NCBI GenBank assembly: GCA_038087875.1
Contig: CM075989.1
Location: 4,092,001 to 4,156,000, forward strand
Length of the DNA: 64,000 nucleotides
Origin: Malacoraja senta
Taxonomy: Eukaryota
Direction of reading: 5' to 3'
This document shows, piece after piece, positions 37,181-50,800 of this stretch. The translations under genes and the position numbers were made by a program. Position 1 is the stretch's first letter. Each line of letters starts with the position of its first letter. The notes beneath the pieces were generated by a model. That model saw only the letters and a list, made by a program, of their open reading frames with translations. It was not told the origin of the DNA and did not search any database.

Positions 37181-38068
37181 GGGAGCCACGGGGAGAAACC
37201 ATGCAGGTCCTGGGGAGAATGTACAAACTCCGTACAGACAGCACCCATAGTTAGGATCGAACCCGGGTCTCTGACTCTACTGCTGCGCCACCGTGCTGGT
37301 AAAGGAGCATTTTATTTCTCTGCCGCATCCTCTCATCTATACTTAGCCTCCTCATCTGTCCTCCATCAATCCAGTTTCTCCCTCTCTTTTCTATGGGCAC
37401 CATTACATGTTGGCATACGATTTAGCCGATGCCAGTCATCCTGCCCAGTGTCCATATGGACGATGAGGAGACAGTTTCACAGCATGGTGTCCCATGATAA
37501 AATTGGACCAGCAACGGCTGGCTGAGAAAGAAATCACACGACAAAGGGAATACTTTCTGCAGCCAGTGGGTAGTGATGAACTGCTTTTAGGGGAAGGGGA
37601 TGAATGTGGAGAAATGTGACCATTTAGGGCCAAGGTTTCTCTCTCAGGATTGGAGCAGTCTTGTGGCTGAATGTATGACACCAAAGAATCAGATCATAAG
37701 TTTATGTTATAGGAGCAGTATTTGCCTATTCTGCCCACCAAGTCTACTCCGCCATTTGATCATGGCTTATCTATCTTCCCCTCACAAACCACTGGGTGGC
37801 GCCACAACGGCTGCCTCGCCAACATTCTGTCTCGTCCTTTTCTTCTTTTGTTGTTTTATAGTATTTGTTAAATGTATGTTTTAGTGTTCTTTAGCTTTGT
37901 TTTCTGTGGAGGGTGGGGGGGGGGGGGGGGGGGTTGGGGGGAACTTTTTGAAATCTCCTACCTCGACGGAGATGCGATTTTTTTCCGTATCGTATCTCCG
38001 TCTGCACTGGGGCCTCTTGCTGGGGATCGACTTTGGGAGCTCCAACCGGGGGAGCCTGCGGGACTTAA

Positions 38069-38307
38069 AGTGCCTGTCCCACTTGGGCGTCATTTGCGCG
38101 TCATTTACGCGACATCATTTATGCGTCACGACGCACGCGTCATAACGAGCGGGTGACGCGTGCATGACGTGCATTACGCGCGCATAACGTGTGGTGATGT
38201 AGGCAGTGACGCACGGTGGCGTGCGGAGCCCCAGGATTTGGGGATTCTCAAAATCCTCGCACGCCACCTGCGGGACGCACAAATGACGCCCAAGTGGGAA
38301 AGGCCCT
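38069..38307. mobile_element. PIF/Harbinger-type MITE
   Basis: Near-perfect TIR AG(T/G)GCCT(G/T)TCCCACTTGGGCGTCATTTG; TAA TSD. Confidence 0.85.
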
Positions 38308-38889
38308 TAACATCGTGGAGCTGGCGATCCCTGTCGTGGATCGACCTCAGAACACCAACCGCGGGAGCCTGCGGACTTTAACATAGTGGAGCTCGTTAGA
38401 GACCGACTTTGGGAGCTCCAAGCTGTAGGAGCTACGACCAACCCGACTGCGGATGGTTCGACTGCCGCAACCGCGAGAGAATAAAGAGGGAAGAAGATTA
38501 GACTTTATTGCCTTCCTCACAGTGAGGAATGTGGGGAATCTGTTGTGGTTGATGTTTATATTAACTTTTATGAGGATGTGTGTCTTGTTGCTTTTATTAA
38601 TATGACTGTATGGTAAATCGAATTTCACTGTACCTTAATTGGTACACGTGACAATAAAATACTTTTGAACCTTTGAACCGCATTCTCCTGCCTTCTCCCC
38701 ATAACCCTCTGACACCCTTACTAATAAAGAATCTATGAATCTCTGCCTTAAATATATCCATTGACGGCCTCCACAGCTTCTGAGGCACATCTATGATCTG
38801 TGATCACTATAACGATTAATGATATTCTAATCAGTAAATGTCTTGAGCCGCCAACCTGTGGTCCTGTTGATTTGTCAGGTAACTGAGTG

Positions 38890-39690
38890 CAAATACTCTG
38901 CAGAAACCGTGCCCTCTGCAACTCCCTAGTTAACTTATCACTTCCCACCCAAACCACCCCCTTCCTACGTGCTTGCCCCAGCAACCGCAGGAGATCCAAC
39001 ACCTGTCCCTATACCTCCACCCTCGACTCTGTCCAAGGACCCCGACAGTCCTTTCAGGTGAGGCAGAGGTTCACTTGCTGCTCCAACCTCATCTACTGTA
39101 TCCGCTGTTCCAGGAATGGACTCCTATATATCGGCAAGACCAAGAGCAGGCTTGGTGATTGTTTCGCTGAACACCTCTGCTCAGTCCGCCTAAACCTACC
39201 TGATCTTCCGGTTGCTAAACACTTTAACTCCCCCTCCCATTCCTACTCTGACCTTTCTGTCCTGGGCCTCCTCCACTGTCAGAGTGAGGCGCAATACAAA
39301 TTGGAGAAACAGCACCTCATATTTTGCTTGGGCAGCTTACACCCCAGCGGTATGAAAATTGATTTCTCTAACTTCGTAACCCTTGCTTTCCCTCTCTCTC
39401 TCCGTCCCTCCCCCACCCTAGTTCCCCGACTAGTTTCACTGTCCTTCTGATTAATTTTACAGATTGTATGCCTCCTAGTCGCCTTCCCCCCACTATGAAC
39501 CATTCTATTGTTCCTTGATCATCGTCTGCTTTGATCTGTTATATTCACACCTTACCCTTCCAAATCTCAAGACCCCATATCCCCTGGCTCTCAGTCTGAA
39601 GAAGGGTCCTGACCCGAAATGTCACCCATTCCTTCTCTCCAGAGATGCTGAGTATCCAGCTAAGTTACTCCAGCATTTTGTGTCTTTCGG
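38890..39690 (+). mobile_element. Penelope-like GIY-YIG fragment with pLTR
   Basis: NLIYCIRC...LYIGKTKSRLGDCFAEH, followed by CTGAAGAAGGGTCCTGACCCGAAATGTC at 39596. Confidence 0.85.
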
Positions 39691-42600
39691 AGGCTTGGAT
39701 TACATCAGTGATGGGACAGGTTGCTGGAGAATCTGGGCGGCACAGTGGAACAGCGGTAGAGTTGCTGCCTTACAGCGCCAGAGGCTCAAATTCGATCATG
39801 ACTATGGGTGCTGTCTGTACGGAATTTCTACCAACATACCTTTTCTCCAGATATGCTGCCTGACCCGCTGAGTTACTCCAGCATTTTGTGTCTATTATTT
39901 TATTCATCATAATTTAAGTCTCTCCCACTGTTTCCTCGGTCCCAACGAAAACCGTACAAATTGAAGTGTAGATAAAAGTGGACATTAAATTCCTCATGCT
40001 GGACTGGAAGATGTGTGACTAAAACTGGTTTCTCTCTCTCATTTATTATATTGTTTACTGTGTACTATGTTTACGTATTCTGCTGTGCTGCTGCAAGTGA
40101 GAATTTCATTGTTCTATCTGGGACATATGACAATAAAACACTCTTGACTCACTGCTTCACCTGGTTGGACATGGTTCCTGGATGGTGGAGGTGAAGGATG
40201 AAAGACAGGTGTAATACCTCCTGCTGCCCAGTGGGTGTGCCATAAGATGTGGGGGTGGGTGGTGGGAGTGGACAAATGGGCCAGGAAATCACAAAGATAG
40301 GTGCTTTTGTTGTAACTCTCCTCTTCCCCGCAACTGTTTTCTCTGTTTACCAGTCTGATGAAGGGTCTCAAACCTGAAACATCAACTCACTTTTCCTTAT
40401 TAATATGCCATCATTATAATGTGACTTTAGTTTAGCCATGTTTATTATTGTCACATTATAGGTACAATGAAAAGCTTTTTTTTCTCTGCAGTAGCCCAGA
40501 GTAAATTGATCATATACTTAATTCAATAGAAAGTGACTATTAGAACATAGAACTCAATACATAAAAGCAACAGGTCTTACGGTCAACAAAGTCTGTGCCG
40601 AACATGATGCCAAGGCCATCACTTATTATTGAGGACTTTACCATCAATCTGGTTTTTAATCATTTACTCCCTTTATCCTATATCTGTACAACACGGACGG
40701 CCTGACTGCGACCATGCACAGTCCTGAAGGGTCTCGACCCAAAACGTTACTCATCCCTTCTCTCCAGAGATGCTGACTGTCCCACTGAGTTACTCCAGCA
40801 TTTGGTCTCCATCTGCGGTGTAAACCAGCATCTGAAGTTCCTTCCCAGACAGTCCCCTCCCTGACTGGACAGCACAAAAACAACCCCCCCCCCCCCAACT
40901 GCACCCCAGAGCATACAACAATAATAAACCAAACAAAACTAAATGATTGACCAAACTACTTTGGAACATTGCAAATGACTTATTTATGATTTAACACTAC
41001 TGTATCATTTGAAAATCAGCATGTTCATATTACCGCAGTAAGTACTCCCTCTTCATGTCTCCCAGGGTTCTTTTGAGGGTAAGTGCCTCTTCCATGTAAC
41101 CCTTCTGTAGCTCTTGTTCAACGGTTTGCATTTGTTTCCAGAGTCTGTGACTCTTCCCACCGTGATCCTGTTTCTCTGTGAACACAGACAAGTGTAATTT
41201 GTGGGATTGTCATTCAGCTAGTTCAACAGTGGAAAACTAGAGCCTGCTGTGGCTTTGGAAATACACAAACTATATAGCCAATTAGCACGAATGTGATAAG
41301 AAATAACACAGGGCGTCACAGTGGCGCAGCTGGTAGAGCTGCTGCCTTGCAGCACCAGAGACATGGGTTTGATCCTGACCTTGGGCGCTGTCTGTGTGGA
41401 GTTTGCATGTTCTTCCTGTGTGGGTTTACTCCGGGTTCTATGGTTTCCTCCCACATCCCAAAGACGTGCGGGTTTGTAGTTTAACTGGCCCCTGTAAATT
41501 GCCCCTGATGTGTAGGGAGTGGATGCGAAAGTGGAATAACATAGAACTAGAGAGATCGACGGTCGTTGGGGACTTGTTGGGCTGTGGGGCCTGCTGTTAT
41601 GATGTACCTCTAAAAACTAAAAAAAAAAAAAAAAACAGATGTCAGATTTAATATAGCACATTCAACTGTTGAAGAGTTGGAACAATGGAGACATGGCTAT
41701 CAGGCAAAACATTTATTATGTGCTGAGTTCCTTTGTTTAATCCTACCCTTGAAATTTACCTCTTTAGGAGTTTACCTGTCTCACTCATTGTAATTCTTGC
41801 AGCAATATTTATCGGTTCTAAGCACACATCGAGGCTTTGAGATCATCAACACTGATTCATTGGAAGTGTAGAGGGAGTGCAAGAGAAATAGAGCATCATT
41901 GTTTGTCTGAAATCCAACGACTCTTATTACAGTGATTAGGTGGATATTAAAATTCCCGGTAAATTATGCAGCAAAAGAGCAGGGAGATATTCTGTGTAAA
42001 ATGCCTCCCACAGCAAACAATCAAAAGCTGATTAACTTATCATTCACTTCATTGCTGTACGCAGCACCTTGCTGTGTGCAAAATGGCTCCCATATCCCCT
42101 TACATAATTCTATTCGCTAATTCATTATCTATTGGCCGTTTTGGGAGATATAGTGTTATGCATTTATACTAATAAAGTCAACAAGCTTGTCCTCCTTATT
42201 CCATGGGCTCCAAAAGGAACCATTTATACAAATCTCATCATCCTGTTTCAACTTTTCTATCTTAATGAGTATCACACATCATCTTCTAATTTAGATTTCA
42301 GAAATTTTCACCTCCTCACTTTCCCGTGGTTCATTTTCCTCTGTAATTTACAATCTAGAAAAGCCTGTGATGGTTCTTTTAGAAACCCAGCTGCTGGTGG
42401 ATAAGTCACCTGGGCTAGATTGACTACACCCCATGGTTCTGAGGTGGCGCATTGATGGAGTTGCCGCCTTACAGCGCCAGAGTCCCAGTTTCGATCCTGA
42501 CTGCGGGTGCTGTCTGTACGGAGTTTGCACGTTCTCCCCGTGACCTGTGTGGGTTTTCTCCGGGTGCTCTGGTTTCCTCCTACACTTTAAAGATGTGCAG

Positions 42601-42829
42601 GTTTGTAGGTTAATTGGCTTGGTAAAATTGTAAATTGTCCCTAGTGTGTGTAGGATGGTGTTAATGCACGGGGATCGCTGGGCTGAAGGGCCTGTTTCTG
42701 TGATGTATAATTAAGCTAAACTAAAGTAGCTTTGGAGATCACCCTGAAGTAGTACCGAGAAGTTTGGCAATTTTGATGGAATATCAGAGAGCTTGGATCA
42801 AATCCATAGGATTCCCAGATATGGAAAGG

Positions 42830-45400
42830 TCATAGTTGCTGGAGGAGGTGACAAAAACGATTGATGCAGGCAGGGCCATGGATGTCATGTACACAGACTT
42901 CAGTAAAGCATTGAACAAGATCCCTCATGGCAGGCTGATCCAAAGGATTAAAGCACAAGGAGTCCATGGTGACTTGGTAGATTCCATTCAACCTTGGCTT
43001 GGCCATAGATCATGGAAGGTAGTGGCAGAAGGATGTTATTATGACTGGAGGTGTTCTGCAAGAATAATGCCGAAATATCTGTTATTTATGAAGTACGTGA
43101 ATGATTTGGACGAAAATGTAGGAGGGCTGATTAGTAAATTTGCAGATGACATAAAAAGTGGGGGAATTGCTATTACTAAGGAGAAGGTGCTGGGGAGGTG
43201 AAAAGTCTGATGGTGGATAAGTCACCTGGACCAGATGAACCACATCCCAAGGTTCTGTAAGAGGTGGTTTTAGATATAGTAGAGGCAATTATAAAAGGAC
43301 TGGACAAGCTAGATGCCGGAAAAATGTTCCCAATGTTGGGCGAGTCCAGAACCAGGGGCCACAGTCTTAGAATGAAGGGGAGGGCATTTAAGACTGAGGT
43401 GAGAAAAAACTTTTTCACCCAGAGAGTTGTGAATTTATGGAATTCCCTGCCACAGAGGGCAGTGGAGGCCAAGTCACTGGATGGATTTAAGAGAGTTAGA
43501 TAGAGCTCTAGGGGCTAGTGGAGTCAAGGGATATGGGGAGAAGGCAGGCACGGGTTATTGATAGGGGACGATCAGCCATGATCACAATGAATGGCGGTGC
43601 TGGCTCGAAGGGCCAAATGGCCTCCTCCTGCACCTATTTTCTCTGTTTCTATGTTTCTGTTAGCGGTGATCTTTTAAGAATCACTGGGATTTAGGAGTGG
43701 TCCCATGGGATGGAAAAATTGCAAATGTTAAGGATGAAGTTTCTGAGTACTTAGAACCACTTGATAAAATAGGTCCAAGTCAGCATGGTTTTGTGAAGGG
43801 GAAATCTTGCCTGACAAATCTGTTGGAATGTTTTGAGGAAGTAAATGACAGTATAGACAAAGGATAGTCAACGGATATTGTTTACTTGGATTTTCAGATG
43901 GCCTTTAATGAAGTGGCACACGTGAGGCTGCTGAACAAAATGAGTGCTCATGGTATCAGAAGGAAGATACTAGCATTGATAGAAGATTGGCTGAATGGCA
44001 GAAGGCAAAGAGTGGGAATAAAAGGGGCTTTCTGTCTTGGCTGCTGGAGACTAATGATGTTCTGCAGCGGTCAGTGTTGGGTACGTTACTTTTCATGTTG
44101 TATATTAATGATTTGCATGATGGAATTTATAGCTTTGTGACCAGGCTTGCAGATGATATGAAAGTAGGTGGAGGGGCAGGTAGTTTAGAGGAAGCAGAGA
44201 CTCTGCAGAAGGACTTGGACAGGTTGAGAGAGTCAGCAGAGAAGTGGCAGATGGAATACAGCGTAGCAAAGTGCGGAGCCATGCATTTTGGTAGCAGGAA
44301 AAAATACTATTTTTTTAAAGGGGGACTCCAAAATCGGAGGTGCAAAGGCACTTAGGCGTGCTGGTGAAGGGTTCCCAAAAGGATAATTTGCAGGTTGAAT
44401 TGTTAGTAAGTAAGGTAATTGCAATGTTCGCATTCATTTCAAGAGGACTCAAATCTAAAAACAGGGATGTTACACCAAGGCTTTATAGGCATTGGTCAGA
44501 CGGCATTTGGTGTATTGTGAGGAATTTTGGGCTCCATATCTGAGGAGGGATGTGCTGGCATTGGGAAGGGTCCAGATGAGGTTTACAAGAATGATCCCAA
44601 TTATTGATTAGGTTAACATATGATGAGTGTTTGGCTCTGGGCCTGTACCCACTACAGTTTAGAAGAATGAAGGGGGGGGGGGGGGGATCTCATTGAAACT
44701 TAGGAAATAATGAAAGATTTATTTATTTATTTGTTCCGAACAAGTAAAGACATAAATAGGAATAAATAACAACAACAAAATCGAAATAGTCAAACATTGG
44801 ACATTCCAGGCAATATTTGCAAAGCAATGAAAAGCATAATGCAAAATTTAAATGTCCAACACTTTTTCTTTACAAGCTCGAAAAGGAGTGAGAAGAAGAA
44901 TAACTTATTTAATCTCACCCCTTCTCCCTAAACCCTTCTTCCATATTTAATAATTAATTAATTAATAATAATAATACCCCAGACAATTTTTAGAGATACA
45001 TACAGACATATATATACATACAACTGATATACACATACAAGTAATATGTATGAAGTAACCAAAAGACATAAATAAATAATAAAAGATCTGGATAGAGTGA
45101 ATGTGGAGGGAATGTTTCCACTAGTGGGAGAGTCTGGGGCACATATTTAGAATGCAGATGAGGAGGAATTTCTTTAGCCAGAGGGTGGTGAATCTGTGGA
45201 ATTCATTGCTACAGATGGCCGTACTGGAGGCCAAGGCATTGGGTATTTTTAAAGTGGAGATTGATAGATTCTTGAATAGTAAGGGAGTCAAAGGTTATGG
45301 GGAAAAGGCAGGAGAATGTAGTTGAGAGGGAAAAATAGATCAGCCATGATCGAATGGTGGAGCTGACTCAATGGGACAAAAGGGCCTAATTCTACTCCTT
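42830..45400 (+). mobile_element. Cluster of degenerate CR1 ORF2 fragments
   Basis: RT remnants DFSKALNKIPH, KFADD and GKSCLTNLLE, with CR1 3-prime UTRs. Confidence 0.85.
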
Positions 45401-47542
45401 TGTCTTATGATCTTGTGAAATGCACAGAGTCTCTTAACCAGAGTAGGGGAATCAAGAAACAAAGGACATGGGTATAGGGTGATGGGGAAAGATTTAATTG
45501 GAACCTAAGGGGCAACTTTTTTACAGAAGAGGTGGTGGATATGTGGAACAAGCTGATGGAGGAGGTAATTGAAGCAGGTACTATCACAACATTTAAGAAA
45601 CCTTTAGATGGATAGGATAAGTTTAAAGGGAGATGGGACATATTCGTCGGTGTGGGTAAGTTAGGCTGAAGGTCTTGTTTCCAAGCTGAATGATTCTCTG
45701 ACACTATGATTCAGTGGGTCAGGCAGCTTCTGTGGTGGAAAAGGATTGGGAATGTTTCGGGTTAGGACCTTTCTTCACACCTGAGAGTCTGAAGAAGGAT
45801 CCCAAACCAAAACGTTGCCTGTCCATTCCCTCCACAGAAGCTGCCCGAGTTCCTCCAGCACTTTCATCAGATTCCCTCAAGATTTCAATACCTGCAGTTC
45901 CTTTCGTCTCCATCAGATTTCTTTACCTCGTCTCTTTGTCAACGATGGTTATGTAAGGCTTTAGCCAACTGGACATACCTAGCCCGTCTCTTTCAGCAGC
46001 TCCGAGAATGGCTCCAGGACCTAACATCCTTCCTCCTCCAACAACGAGAGCAATTTGGACACTTTATATTCTTGACTGCCTTCTCTCTACGAGTTAAAGA
46101 GATCGAACATGTTGCAAATTTTAAGAAAGCAGCAAATAAAATTAGATGCGCAAAAAATGTGCTTTTTTACTTACTGTTCCTTGACTTAATGCTATCTAAT
46201 TTGTTCTCAACTTATTCAACATCTCAACTTATCTCAACTTAATTCTGTCTTTTTTGTTCTCAACTTTCTTCCCACTTTTGCATAAATCATCAATAATTGC
46301 TTGGGTAACATTCCATAAGTACCAGCAACTATCAAATGCCTTAACTAATTTATCGGTCTTGTCTGTGACTGCGCAGTTTGTTCTTACAGCAGACTTAATC
46401 TATTGTGAGCAGTTTTGGGCCCCATAATCTGAGGAAGGATGTGCTGGCGTTGGAGAGGGTCCAGTGGAGGTTTACGAGAATGATCCCGGGGGGACCTCAT
46501 TGAACTGGAGTTTAGAATGATGAGGGGGGACCTCATTGAAACCTACCGAATAGTGAAAGGCCTGGATAGAGTAGAATTGGAGAGGATGTTTCCACTAGTG
46601 GTAGAGTATAGGACCAGAGGGCAGAGGCTCGGAATAATTGTATGTACCTTTAGAAAAGAGATAGGGAGGAATATCTTTAGTCAGAGGATGATGAATCTGT
46701 GGAATTCATTGCAATAGATGTCTGAATTATTAGGTATTTTTAAGGCGGAGAATGCCAGATTTTTGATTAGTATGGGTGTCAAATGTTATGGGGAGAAGGC
46801 AGGAGAATGTGGTTGAGAGGAATAGGTAAAGGAGCCATGATGGAATGGCAGTCTAGACTCAATGAGCTAAATGGCTAATTCTGCTCCTATGAAATGAACA
46901 GATGAATCGAAAGAGGCGTCCAAGTGCCCAATCCCAGTCTCTACCAACACCATCTTTAGTTTTAGTTTTGAGATACAGCACGGAAACAGGCCCTTCGGTC
47001 CACTGAGTTAATGCCGACCAATGATCCCCGCACACCTACGCTATCCTCCACACACTAGGGACAACTCACATTTATACCAAGCCAATTAACCTGCAAACCT
47101 CCATGTCTTTGGAGTGTGGGAGGAAAATGGAGATCCAGGAGAAAGCACACGCAGGTCAGGGGGAGAACGTACAATCTCCGTACAGACAGCACCCATGGTC
47201 AGGATCGAACCGGGGTCTCTGACGCTGTTGGACAGCAACTCTACCGCTGTGCCACTGTGCCGTCCTTGTGTCATTTCATTGTCTTTGTATAGCGAGGACT
47301 ATTCCTGGCCCAGAGATCAGTTTTAACGGCAGCAACATTTTATTTCCTTCCGTACCTGGATTGTTCTGATTTGCTGGTCAGATAGGATCCCCTTTTCCCG
47401 GATAAGTCTGTAGAACACTGGTGAGAGTTGTAGCCATGTGACAATCAACAAAAAATTGGTCTGAATCGCATCTTTATAGAAATTTTCATTCCATGTATTT
47501 TCAAGATGGTTCCTGAAATCTGAAATTTAAACAGTTTAATTT

Positions 47543-47838
47543 AATAGTAAGATTAAACGATAACTTACCAGTTTGAAGTTTGATCTTTATTTTATGAGGA
47601 GTTACGTTGGTGATTACGTGAAGAAGACCCGTCAGGGCGCATGCGCGTCAATCTTCAAAGCAGCGGTATGATAACACAATATTTGAAGTAACATATTAAG
47701 ATGAGCAACATGAGAACTACCATATGACCTTTTTTATGAGGGAGGGATGGGCGTGGCAGGCACGTAATCACCAACGTAACTCCTCATAAAATAAAGATCA
47801 AACTTCAAACTGGTAAATTCTCGTTTAATCTTACTATT
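47543..47838. repeat. 78-bp inverted repeat (DIRS right terminus versus internal complementary region)
   Basis: 47543-47620 is the reverse complement of 47761-47838 with 2 mismatches; 140-nt spacer. Confidence 0.92.
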
Positions 47839-50800
47839 TTACTTCGGAGTCACGTGAGTGACTACGTGAAGGGTTCAAAGCTCTGTGATTTTATGTCGCA
47901 GATCCAAATCCCGGCTTCTCACTGCATTGATTGACTTTCGATGAGAAACAATCAATAATGCGTTAAACATGAAATTTGAATATCATGCAGTAACAATTGA
48001 TTTGAATAATCAAAACAAACAGTAACCCCTCTATCCCAGGGGAAAGTAAACAGGACTTAATACTGAATTTGCAAACAGCCTCTCTCCGATCGGCAACCGG
48101 CTGATGGTAATTTAAAAAAAAAATTCATTTGACCACCCGGCACCTGTAAGAATATGGCCGATGTGAACATCCATCACCCTAGCCGACGACCTTGCTGCTG
48201 CACTAGTGGAAAAAGATATATACACTTCAGTGTTAATATCTGCCTGAATCAACATTTGCTTTAAACCACCTTGAGATAGTCTGCACTGACATTCTCCTGT
48301 GTGGCTACATGTAACTGATAAACAATGCTGTTTCCACATTTCTTAAGGTCTTTGTAGATTCAATATATTGAAAATAAATGTGCCATTACCCATAAACATG
48401 GATCCGTAGGTTACGCTGAAACACAATTTTAACAAACCTGTGACACCTGGCCTGCTCTGTTTGAGCAGGACGCAAATATATAACATAACATTCTTTTCAG
48501 CAACTGCCATCCTGTCTAGCAGAAGCTTTTGCAAACTCTGCACTTGCTATGCTGAACCAATGCCATGAGCATAACCACTTTCATGATTAGTTTGGCAAAT
48601 TCAGAGACATGACAGGAACCTACTGTCGAAGCATCTTGAGGACCACACTTACATCCCAGATCGCCATATACCTGGGTTTAGGAGGTTTAGAGTTGAAATT
48701 CCTTTCGTCAATCCAGCTATGATATGATGAAACCCAATAGGATCTCTCCTGACCCCATCAAAACCATACGAGGACAAAGCATTTAAAGCTGTATTAATGG
48801 TGCTATAACTGAGTCCCTCATCATCGTAGAGTGTCAACAGGAACTCTAAAATATCCACAATACCTGCAGTACTATAGTCAATATTATTTTGTACACAATA
48901 TTGCTCCCATTTTTTTACATAAGTAATATACCCCTTTTGAGTACTCTTTCTCCAGGCTACAGTGAGCATGTCCACCGTTCACCCAGACAGTCCTTGCTCC
49001 AGGTATGGCCTTCTTAAAACCTGCAAATTAACAAGTCAATACGATCACATAACGGATGACTTTCCTGTGTTAGCAGATGCTCCAGTCAATTCCTACGCTT
49101 GGGAACCACCAAAAAGAGGTTGGATCCATAACTCTAACATCAAAGGGAAACCATGCTTGATTCGGCCAATTAGGTATTACAAGCACCCCCAATCCTGCTT
49201 GATTTCTTGCAGACTCCGACCTATTAGGCAAAATGGTAGGAAAAATATATAAAACATACCACCCCAATGTAACGACAAAGTATCAATTGCAACTGCCACC
49301 TGGTCTGGTTCCCATGAAACCTATTTAGGCTGCTGATGGTTGAACCTTGATGCAAAACAAATCGATATCTGGCATTCATATATAAGTACTATATTATTGA
49401 ACACCTCCTGGTTCAACCTCCAATCTATGTTGTCATGGAACTTTCGTGACTTGGCGTCTGCTACTATGTAGAATCTACCTGGTAGATAAATAGCTGAAAT
49501 ATCTTTTTCAATGCACCAGGCCCAAATGTGATTAGCCAATCTGTCACAAAATACCGACTTGATTCCACCGATATGATTAATATATATGCCACTTGCGTAG
49601 TATTGTCAATCTGAAACTGAACATGCAGATCACATTTGTTAGAGCAATAAGACTCTTAATAGTTAATTGCCCATGTCTGCAGAAGCGATGCCTCTTGCTC
49701 AGTCCATCTGCCACCACAGCTGAAACTCGTATCTGTGACACCCCACCCGAGTGCACTGATATTCATCTGCAAAATCATGGAAGGCTGGTCAAGCATTACC
49801 TTGCTATAACTCCTGGACACATGGTGAATCCACCATTGCAAATCAGAAATAGCCTTTACTGATAACTGCATAGGTCTATTATAATGACCCGAATGTATCC
49901 TTAATGCCTCAATTAGCTTGATACACCTGTCAATTAGCTCTACCCTTTTTTCCCTGGGCAGAGTCACTTAATTGAATCAATTGTGACCCAAATAATCAGG
50001 TGTTAATTTGGATTTCTCTGGATGAATAATGCCCAATCTTTGGCAACTACCACCTGTTACTTCAGCTGTTCTCTTGGATACCCCAGTAATCAAGATATCA
50101 TCGAGATAAGCCATGAGCACCTGACCCTGGCCTCTCAGCATGCCTATTATAGGTTTTAACAATTTTGTTGCCATAGTTGATCCATCCAGGTGAATTTCAA
50201 ATATCCTTATCCTGCAAATAAACAGACATTGAGTATAGCACATCTTTAAGCTCTATAGTCGCCATATAGCATCCTCTTGACCCAGTTGCTTGGCAGTGAC
50301 AATTCCATCTTACAATGTCTATACTATATCCCCCATCCTTTTTTGGCCTGGGAAAATATTAGACACAAATTTATGGGGTTGGTGAACCAACTTTACAATT
50401 ACACCTTTATCACATAAGCTTCCAAGCGCAGTCTGAACATCCATCTGTTCTGTTAATGAAAACTGAATAGTTCTCCCAAGAACATGCTGAATGTGCAAAT
50501 CACAATTTGGATTGAAATCCATTTGAAACCTTTGAATAACACTCTGTATAAACAAAGCTAAGGTAATTTGCTTCCAATCATCCCAGAAACAGATGTAATG
50601 TACCCCAGATTTAAGTTGTGTCACATTTGATATGTGCACCTGAGAACCAGGCCCACCTACCTCCTTGGTACCTGGTGGATGACGTTGTCCCCGGCTCCTG
50701 ACGGGAAAGCCGATGTTTGACCATGTTCCCGCTTCGTTTGTAGGGGTACTTTCTTTTTTGGAAACTTGCCGACTGCCGGTGGCTTGATCAAGCCCACCGT

